From the NCBI GenBank assembly GCA_038212275.1, contig JBBQUR010000003.1, positions 128,001 to 192,000 on the forward strand: DNA of 64,000 nt, written 5' to 3'. A program made the position numbers and the translations under genes. Positions 56,946-64,000 of this stretch are shown piece after piece. The notes beneath the pieces were generated by a model, which saw nothing but the letters and a program-made list of their open reading frames with translations, did no database searches and was not told where the DNA came from. Numbering within the stretch: the first letter of the stretch is position 1; each line of letters opens with the position of its first letter. This DNA comes from Planctomycetota bacterium (GTDB taxonomy: Bacteria > Planctomycetota > B15-G4).

Positions 56946-58615
56946 TCAGTAGAACTCGATCCAGTCCACTTCGATGTGGAAGGGGCCGTAGGCGGGCGGA
57001 GAAAACGGGCTGTTGCGCGCCTCGAGGTTCAGTCCCGTGATGTCCGCGCCGGTCCAGGTCACGGGCTTGCCGTAGCCGATCTGCTGCAAGGCCTGGAAAG
57101 GCACCTCCGCGACGGCCCATTCCTCGGTCACGCTCAGCGGTGCGGCGAAGACGTTGAGGTCCTTCACGGCGGCGCACTGCACGCTGAGATTCCCGTCGCG
57201 CGGGGTGCCGCGCAGGCGGAGGCGCAGGCCGGTGGAGGCCGACGCATCCGCGAGCAGCTTGCGCTCGCCGTCCCACAGCACGGCGACCCCCGCGAACGCG
57301 CCCCACGCGAAGCCCTGCTCCAGCGAGCCCTGCACACGCAACCGGCCCCCCTCGGCGTCGTCGAGCCACGCCACGGAACAGGACGACTTGCCGCCGGGCG
57401 CCATGGAATCGGCATACGCCTCCCACGCACCGCTCCATCGTCCGAGGACTCCGGGCGCACCGGACGCACCGGGCGCACCGGGCGCACCGGACGCACCGGG
57501 CGCGTCGGACGCACCGGGCGCAGCGGGCGCACCGGGCGCACCGGACGCGTCGGGCGCGCCGGGGGCCGCGGCGGTCAGCGCCTGCGCCGGCGACAGTCCC
57601 GCCTCCACGTAGAGCTGCAGCTCGAAGAGGGCGGACGGCCCGTGCGGCGTGAACGGGTTGCCCGCGTCCGTGCCGAGGCCGATGGGGATGCCGGCGTCCG
57701 CGAGCCGCTTGAGGTTGGAGAGGCAGCGCGCTTCGCCGCCGTCCTTCAGCACGTCGACCATCGGGCTGGCGGCGAGCGATGCGATCTGCGCCGTGTCGTT
57801 CAGTGCCTCCACGATGGCCGGGTGCAGCACCTGCGCGACGAGCGCGCCTCCGTACGGCCGCGCGCCGGCCACGCTGCGTGCGCCGCCGAACACGACCGCG
57901 AGTGTCGGCACGTAGGCCGTGCCCTCGCGCTTCATCGCGTCGATGAGCGCGTCGTCCACCTCGCCGAGGAAGACGCCGTGCGCCAGCGCGCGCGCGTGCG
58001 CTGCCACAGCCGTCTTCGCCTCGTCCAGCGTCCACACGTGACAGAGGAGCGGGAGCTTCGCCTCGCGGGCCTGCGCGCCGACGGCGGAGAGCAGCTCCAG
58101 GTCGAGCGTCGGCATCGCGGGCAGGCCGCCCCAGTGGCCGTGTTCGACGACGGCCTTGATCGCGTCGGGCTGCAGGGGGAGCAGCGCGGCGAAGCGTGCC
58201 CCGACCTCCTCCTCGGAGGTCACGGTGTTGCTGATGTCGCCGCCGAACTGCGTGGGGTGGCCGCCGGGCGCGGTGAAGGCGGCGCCAGCGGCATGCAGCG
58301 TGGCGAGGTCGTCGTCGCTGCGCGAGGCCTCGCGCAGCGCGAAGATCGTTGCGGGGTCGGCGTGCAGGTCGAGCACGCGCGTCACGCCTCAGTCGAGCTG
58401 GCTGGTCAGGTTGTCGGACGGACTCACCGCCGCAGCGAGCTGGTAGCTGCCGCCCGGCACGCTGACGTGCGTGTGCAGATCGATGAGGCCGGGCAGCACG
58501 GTGCACCCCGTCGCATCGATGAGCATCGCGCCGGCCGGCGCCGCGCTTCCGGGAGGAAGCCGCTGCGCGATGCGCCCGTCGCGCAGCACGATGAACGGGA
58601 TGCCGAAGGCCGCAT
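56946..58615 (-). pseudogene. Disrupted amidohydrolase with C-terminal CIA30-like domain
   Basis: IDATGCTVLPGLIDLHTH, then in-frame TGA (58389-58391), then GVTRVLDL..GTDAG..GLSPAQAL; RBS-bearing ATG at 58615 is out of frame; closing beta-sandwich segment absent. Confidence 0.72.
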
Positions 58616-58712
58616 CGAAGTCTCCTGGGTAGGGATGCAGACTTTGCCATGCTGTCGTCACGTCGCGCGAGTGGCGAGAACGAGAGCATGCTGCACCAGC
58701 CGAGGAGCCCGC

Positions 58713-59936
58713 ATGGCACGCAGGACGATTCCCCCGATCTACGGCACGCTTCGCGACGAGGCGGAGCGGACCGCCTACGCGGATCTCATCGCGCAGTGCT
58801 TCGGCATGAGCGTGGACGAGGGCCGGAAGTGGCGCGCACGCACCGAGCCCGAGCGACTGCGCGGATGGCGTGACGCGCGCGGTCGCCTGCTCGGCGGCCT
58901 CAACCTGCTGCAGCTCGGGCAGTGGTATGGCGGGCGCTGCGTGCCGATGGGCGGCATTTCCGCGGTGGGCGTGCTGCCCGAAGCGCGCGGTCGCGGCGTC
59001 GCGCGCGCGCTCATGGACGCCGCCGTGCGGGAGCTGGCCGCCGCGGGCACGCCATTGTCCACGCTCTATCCGGCGACGACGGCGCTGTACCGGCAGTCCG
59101 GCTACGAGCTGGCCGGCAGCCGCTACGAGGTCAGTCTGGATCTGCCGCGGCTCAGGCTGCACGAGCGGCGCGCGCGTCTGCGGCCCGCCACGGCGGCCGA
59201 TGCGCCGGCCATCGAGGCGCTCGCCGCGCGCTACGCCGCGCTGCGCAACGGCCAGGCGCGGCGCGATGCCTATCTGTGGAAGCGCGTGCGTTCGCCCCGA
59301 GTCGGCGAGGCGACCGGCTACGTCGTGGAGGAGCGCGGCGCGATCACGGGCCACGTCTACGTGCAGCGGATGCCGCTGACGGGCGGCCACTACGATCTGA
59401 GCCTCACCGACGTCTGTGCGCTGGATGCGCCGGCCGCCCGCGCGATCCTCTCGTTCCTCGCCGGGCACGCGACGCTGGCCGACCACGCGCTCTTCGCCGG
59501 CTCGCCCGCCGACGCGCTGCTCGCCCTGCTGCCCGAGCGCCACTACGCCCTGCGCCTGCAGGACCCGTGGATGACCCGCATCGTGGACGTGCGCGGCGCG
59601 CTCCTCGCCCGCGGCTGGCCCACCGGCGTGCGCGCGGAACTGCTGCTGTCGGTCAGCGACGAACTGCTGACGGCAAACCACGGCCGCTTCCGCCTGGCCG
59701 TCTCGGGCGGCGAGGCCCGCGTCACGCGCCTGCCCGGCGCGAGAGCCGGCGGACCGAAGAGCGCGCGGGACGCCGCGCTCCACATGCACATCCGCGGTCT
59801 CGCGCCGCTCTACACCGGCCACATGTCGCCGCACGAGCTGGAACTCGCCGGCCTGCTCACTGGCCCGCCCGCGGCGCTGGACCTCGCCGCGACGCTCTTC
59901 GCCGGCCCCGCCCCGACCATGTCCGACATGTTCTGA
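58713..59936 (+). CDS. Eis-like GNAT acetyltransferase (tandem GNAT plus SCP2-like C-terminus)
   Basis: GGISAVGVLPEARGRGVA, STLYPA..LYRQSGYE, WMTRIVDV, NHGRFRL, MSDMF terminus; GAGGAG RBS. Confidence 0.9.
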   Translation: MARRTIPPIYGTLRDEAERTAYADLIAQCFGMSVDEGRKWRARTEPERLRGWRDARGRLLGGLNLLQLGQWYGGRCVPMGGISAVGVLPEARGRGVARALMDAAVRELAAAGTPLSTLYPATTALYRQSGYELAGSRYEVSLDLPRLRLHERRARLRPATAADAPAIEALAARYAALRNGQARRDAYLWKRVRSPRVGEATGYVVEERGAITGHVYVQRMPLTGGHYDLSLTDVCALDAPAARAILSFLAGHATLADHALFAGSPADALLALLPERHYALRLQDPWMTRIVDVRGALLARGWPTGVRAELLLSVSDELLTANHGRFRLAVSGGEARVTRLPGARAGGPKSARDAALHMHIRGLAPLYTGHMSPHELELAGLLTGPPAALDLAATLFAGPAPTMSDMF

Positions 59937-59987
59937 CCCCACGCGCCGGGGCAAGAAGCCTCACGGCGAGGTAGCGCGGCGCACTCG

Positions 59988-60089
59988 TGTGATGTTGAGG
60001 CACTGCCTGCACAAGACGCGGGCGGGCCGGTGGCTGGGCGTCGATGCGGGGAGTGCGGCGATTTGTAGAGGCACTGCCTCAACATCACA
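59988..60089. repeat. REPIN-like element: two inverted 27-bp arms (24/27 complementary), each with an internal AGGCA-C-TGCCT palindrome
   Basis: tgtgatgttgaggcactgcctgcacaa / ttgtagaggcactgcctcaacatcaca between convergent eis-like and mfd genes. Confidence 0.85.
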
Positions 60090-60173
60090 TGGCGGGCCGC
60101 GGGACCGTCGTCGTGTGGTCGGGGAAGGCCGGACTGTCGCGGCGGCAGGGGCGTGCGAGCGGGCGCGGGGCTT

Positions 60174-60222
60174 CGCGGCTCGCGGCTCTCGGCGCGTGGC
60201 TCGCGGCGCGTGGCGCGTGACT
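60174..60222. repeat. 7-bp microsatellite (cg(c/t)ggc(t/g)) x7 at the mfd 3' end
   Basis: Directly visible. Confidence 0.75.
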
Positions 60223-63200
60223 AGCGCCGCGCTTCGCTTGGCTTGCGCGGCGGCGGCGTCGCCGTCTCGGTGAAGCGCGCGAGCAGCCACGCCACGCGCT
60301 GGCTCGGGGTCTTTACGTCGCGCGGCCACGATGCGCGGCAGCGCCCGGGCGAGACGGGCATCGTTTCTCCGGGGCGGAACGGGCCGCGGCGCGCGTAGAG
60401 CTGGTCGTCGCCGATGGTGAGGACCACGCCGCCGAAACCGTCGGCGAGCACGGAGGACAGGCCCGCGAGGCGCACGAGGCGCCGCAGGCGGAACAGCTCG
60501 AGCAGTTCGCTCGCGGGGGCGGGCAGTTTGCCGAAGCGATCGACCATCTCGGTCTCGAGCGCTTCGGACGCTTTGCGGTCCGCGCTGGCGAGGCGCCGCA
60601 GCAGGCTCATGCGCACGGCGGCGTCGGGCACGTACTCGGCGGGCAGGTAGGCGGTCTGGCCGAGGTCGACCTCGATCTCGCCCGGCTCCTCCGGCACGCG
60701 CTGGCCCTTGGCGCGCGACACGGCGGCGCGCAGCAGGCGGCAATACATGTCGTAGCCGACGGTCATGATGTGGCCGCTCTGCTCCGCGCCAAGCAGGTTG
60801 CCCGCGCCGCGCAGCTCGAGGTCGCGCAGCGCGATGGGCAGGCCGCTGCCGAGGCTGCTGTATTCCTCGATGGCCTTCAGGCGTCGCTCGGCATCGCCGG
60901 CGAGGCGCTCCTTCGGCACCAGGAAGTGCGCGTAGGCCTGCACGTTCTCGCGCCCGACGCGGCCGCGCAGCTGGTGCAGATCCGCCAGCCCGAAGTGCTG
61001 GCTGTCCGTGACGATGATCGTGTTGGCGCGCGGGATGTCGATGCCCGACTCGATGATCGCGGTGCACACGAGCACGTCGAGGTCGCCGCGTCCGAAGGCC
61101 TCGATGACGTCGCGCAGCTGCTCCGGCGGCATCTGGCCGTGCGCGACGCCGGCGCGCGCGGTCGGCACCAGGCCGTGCACGCGGTCGGCCAGGCCCTCGA
61201 TGCTCTGCACGCGGTTGTGCAGCACGAAGACCTGCCCGCCGCGCGCGATTTCGTGCATGAGCGCGCGGCGCAGCATGCCGTCCTCGTCGTAGCCCACCTT
61301 GGTGATGACGGCGCGGCGCCCCGGCGGCGGCGTGTGGATGGATGCGATGTCGCGCAGGCCGGACATGGCCATGTGCAGCGTGCGCGGGATGGGCGTGGCC
61401 GAGAGCGTGAGCACGTCCACCGTGGAGCGCAGCTGCTTGAGGCGCTCCTTGTGCGCGACGCCGAAGCGCTGCTCCTCGTCCACGATGACCAGCCCCAGGT
61501 CCGGCAGCTTCACGTTCCTGCCCAGGATGCGGTGCGTGCCGATTAGGATGTCCACCTTGCCCGCGGCCGCGTCCTTCTCGACCTCCTTCAGCTCCTTGGC
61601 GCTGCGGAAGCGCGAGAGCACCTCGATGCGCACCGGCTCCTCGGCCATGCGCCGGCTGAAGGTCTCGTGGTGCTGCTCGGCGAGGATCGTCGTCGGCACG
61701 AGCACCGCCACCTGCTTGCCGCCCAGCACCGCCTTGTAGGCGGCGCGCACCGCGACCTCCGTCTTGCCGAAGCCGACGTCGCCGACGAGCAGCCGGTCCA
61801 TCGGCTGCGCGGACTCCATGTCACCGCGGATGGCGTGCCAGGAGCTGCGCTGGTCGGGCGTGTCCTCGTAGGGAAAGCTGGCCTCGAAGCGCTGCATGAG
61901 CGCGTCGTCCGGCGGGAAGGCGAAGCCCTCGCCGCCGCTGCGCGAGGCCTGCAGCGCGAGCAGCTCGCTGGCGAGGTCCGCCACGGCGCGCGCCACCTTG
62001 TCCTTGCGGTTCTTCCACGTCTTGCCGCCGATGCGGTCCAGCTTCGGGCCGCTGCCGCTCGCGCCGACGAAGCGCTCCACCAGATCGATGCGGCTGGCGG
62101 GCACGTAGAGCTTCGTGTCCTCCGCGAACTCCAGCACGAGGAAGTCCTCCTCGCCTTGCTCGCGCGGCCGGCGCTCCATGCCGGCGTAGCGCGCCACGCC
62201 GTGCGTGAGGTGCACCACGTAATCGCCCGGCTGCAACTCCGCGAGCGAGGACAGCGCCCGCGTGGCGACGACGCGCCGCGCCCGCGCGCGCCGCACCGGC
62301 CGCCGCCCGAGCAGCTCGTGGTGGTGCACGAGCACCGGCCCCGGCGCCGGAAAAGCGAAACCGCTCGCAAGCCGCCCGACGAGAAGCACCGGTGCGCGAC
62401 GTGCCGCGCCGGGGCGAGCAGAGCTTGCCGGCGTGCCCGCTTCGCTGTCCGAACCCAAGCCCGCCGCGGCGAGGCGTTCCGCGAGGCGCTCATTCTCGGC
62501 CTCGCTATCGGAGAGGATGAAGACGGCGCGGCCCTGGTCGCGCCAGTCGGCGAGGCGCTCGGACTCGGGGCGGCGGTCTTCGGCCACGCCGCGCAGTGAG
62601 CAATCGCTCTGTTCGTCGCCGAGGTCCAGAACGAAGAGATCGGCGCCGGGGCGCGTGGCGAGATCCGCGAGTGCGGCGGCCGACTCGCGCGGCGCGATGC
62701 CATGCTCGAAGGCCACTTCCGCGAGGCGGTCCTTCAGCGCCGGCGGATCCAGCAGCACGACGGCCGTGCCCTTCGGCAGTCGCGCGAGCAGGCGTCGCGA
62801 CGGGTCGCGCGGGATGTCGCCGCTGGCGTCGGGCGCGCGCGGCGCACCGCCCAGCGGCAGCTCCACGCGCGAGAGCTGCTCGACGGAGACCTGGCTGTCC
62901 ACGGCGAAGCGCCGCAGTTCCTCGAGCTCCTCGTCGTTGAACTCGAGGCGCACCGGGTGCTGCGCCGCCCACGGATAGACGTCGAGGATGTCGCCGCGCA
63001 GCGAGACCTCGCCCGGCGCGGCGACGAGCGTCACGCGCACGAGGCCCGCGGCCAGCAGCTTGTCGAGCAGAGCCTGCCGGTCGAGGCGCTCGCCGCGGCG
63101 CAGCACGAGCAGCGCGCCGTCGGTGTCGGGCAGCGTCTCGAGCAGCACCGGGCCGGGCACGACGAGCAGGCCGTCCCCGCGCGCGCCGAGCGAGGCCAGC

Positions 63201-63562
63201 GCGACGAGGCGCTCGCTGCGATTGGCCGCCAGCTCGGGGCCCTCGGGCAGGCCTTCTTCCTCGATGGGCAGCAGCGCGCAGGGCGTGCCCGGCAACCATT
63301 GCGAGAGGTCGAGCAGCAGCGACTCGGCGGCCTCTGCGGTCGGCGCGATGATCACGCCGCGCCCGCGCCCGGCGAGCAGTCGCGCGGCGGCCAGCGCGGC
63401 GGCGCTGCCGAAGAGTCCGCCGAGGCGCGCGCGCGCCTCGGGCCGAGCCAGCGCGGCGCGCAGCGGCGGCAGCGCGGCCAGCGTGTCGGACAGCAGCGCG
63501 AAGGCGGCGGTGCGCGCGGCGGCGAGCGCCGGCTCGTGAGCGGGCTCAGTCGGTCGCGTCAT
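60221..63562 (-). CDS. mfd: Transcription-repair coupling factor
   Basis: GDYVVHLTHGVARY, FPYEDTPDQ, GDVGFGKTEV, DEEQRFG, SATPIPRT, HQLRGRVGR, DLELRGAGNLLG. Confidence 0.96.
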   Translation of the reverse strand: MTRPTEPAHEPALAAARTAAFALLSDTLAALPPLRAALARPEARARLGGLFGSAAALAAARLLAGRGRGVIIAPTAEAAESLLLDLSQWLPGTPCALLPIEEEGLPEGPELAANRSERLVALASLGARGDGLLVVPGPVLLETLPDTDGALLVLRRGERLDRQALLDKLLAAGLVRVTLVAAPGEVSLRGDILDVYPWAAQHPVRLEFNDEELEELRRFAVDSQVSVEQLSRVELPLGGAPRAPDASGDIPRDPSRRLLARLPKGTAVVLLDPPALKDRLAEVAFEHGIAPRESAAALADLATRPGADLFVLDLGDEQSDCSLRGVAEDRRPESERLADWRDQGRAVFILSDSEAENERLAERLAAAGLGSDSEAGTPASSARPGAARRAPVLLVGRLASGFAFPAPGPVLVHHHELLGRRPVRRARARRVVATRALSSLAELQPGDYVVHLTHGVARYAGMERRPREQGEEDFLVLEFAEDTKLYVPASRIDLVERFVGASGSGPKLDRIGGKTWKNRKDKVARAVADLASELLALQASRSGGEGFAFPPDDALMQRFEASFPYEDTPDQRSSWHAIRGDMESAQPMDRLLVGDVGFGKTEVAVRAAYKAVLGGKQVAVLVPTTILAEQHHETFSRRMAEEPVRIEVLSRFRSAKELKEVEKDAAAGKVDILIGTHRILGRNVKLPDLGLVIVDEEQRFGVAHKERLKQLRSTVDVLTLSATPIPRTLHMAMSGLRDIASIHTPPPGRRAVITKVGYDEDGMLRRALMHEIARGGQVFVLHNRVQSIEGLADRVHGLVPTARAGVAHGQMPPEQLRDVIEAFGRGDLDVLVCTAIIESGIDIPRANTIIVTDSQHFGLADLHQLRGRVGRENVQAYAHFLVPKERLAGDAERRLKAIEEYSSLGSGLPIALRDLELRGAGNLLGAEQSGHIMTVGYDMYCRLLRAAVSRAKGQRVPEEPGEIEVDLGQTAYLPAEYVPDAAVRMSLLRRLASADRKASEALETEMVDRFGKLPAPASELLELFRLRRLVRLAGLSSVLADGFGGVVLTIGDDQLYARRGPFRPGETMPVSPGRCRASWPRDVKTPSQRVAWLLARFTETATPPPRKPSEARR

Positions 63563-64000
63563 CGTCTTCCGGCGCGGCTTCGCTGGCGTTGCTCGCGTCG
63601 CTCGCGTCGCTGGCGTCGCTGGCGTCGCTCGCGTCGCCGAGGTCGCCGAGGTCCCCGCGGTCGCCGGCCTCGGCGGCATCGGCGGCCTCGGCGGCATCGG
63701 GCGCCGTGACGGCCTCGGGCAGCGCGCCTCTCGAAGCGCGCAGGCGGCGCAGGGCCTGCTGCGCCGCGCGCTGCTCGGCCTGGCGTTTGTTGCGACCGGT
63801 GGCCACGGCGAGCGAGACGCCGTTGAGCATCGCGGCCACGGTGAAGACCTTCTCGTGATCGGGGCCGGCCTCGCTCAGCACCTGGTATTGCGGAGCTGCG
63901 CCGAGCGATCCCTGCGTGAAGTGCTGCAGGTCCGATTTGTGATTGCTGCTGCGATGTCGGTCCGAGGCCGCCTCGATGAGCGGCGCGAAGTCCGCGCTGA
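63546..64000 (-). CDS. rnc: Ribonuclease III, C-terminal dsRNA-binding domain (5' part outside the window)
   Basis: NHKSDLQHFTQ..PQYQVLSEAGPDHEKVFTV..GRNKRQAEQRAA. Confidence 0.88.
   Translation of the reverse strand, partial: SADFAPLIEAASDRHRSSNHKSDLQHFTQGSLGAAPQYQVLSEAGPDHEKVFTVAAMLNGVSLAVATGRNKRQAEQRAAQQALRRLRASRGALPEAVTAPDAAEAADAAEAGDRGDLGDLGDASDASDASDASDASNASEAAPEDDDATD

Noticed and set aside
1..64000. Numerous long alternative-frame and antisense ORFs in the supplied track (e.g. 21782-24391 -, 38991-41717 -, 41838-43940 -, 4254-6134 +)
   Set aside because: Arg/Ala/Pro-rich shadows of real genes, expected from stop-codon scarcity at high GC; no family motifs

Overview
Very GC-rich (about 70% or more, by eye) bacterial chromosomal segment. 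It is most consistent with a Planctomycetota/PVC-lineage genome (inferred from paired prenyltransferase/squalene-oxidase-repeat membrane proteins, YHS/TRASH-repeat proteins, FG-GAP and CHRD secreted proteins). Core genes: xylB (5'-truncated), lemA plus an M48 peptidase, apaG, two thiolases, ggt, hbd, crt, two cyclophilins, leuB, tRNA-Phe(GAA), ribF, def, rpsT, mfd and rnc (5' part outside the window). Accessory blocks: (1) a FIST-GT4-WcaJ polysaccharide operon; (2) a secreted Cys-rich YHS/TRASH plus BNR metal-handling trio; (3) a roughly 4.6 kb defence-like patch (ParDE, SRPBCC, Fic, HNH nuclease, TPR remnant); (4) a ferritin-like/SxtJ-like fusion, degenerate carbamoyltransferase, methyltransferase, DUF5989 and SGNH modification cassette. 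The most interesting observations are: a shared ~120-aa C-terminal domain on two otherwise unrelated secreted proteins (candidate sorting or surface-anchoring system); a LeuC-like protein lacking all Fe-S cysteine motifs directly after leuB, while a complete LeuD-LeuC fusion lies 12 kb upstream; a 1,589-aa Zn-ribbon coiled-coil; a structured, possibly switchable leader upstream of hbd; GTAG-type REP/REPIN-like palindromes; and an amidohydrolase gene with an in-frame UGA. All calls come from motif recognition by eye; no database searches were run.
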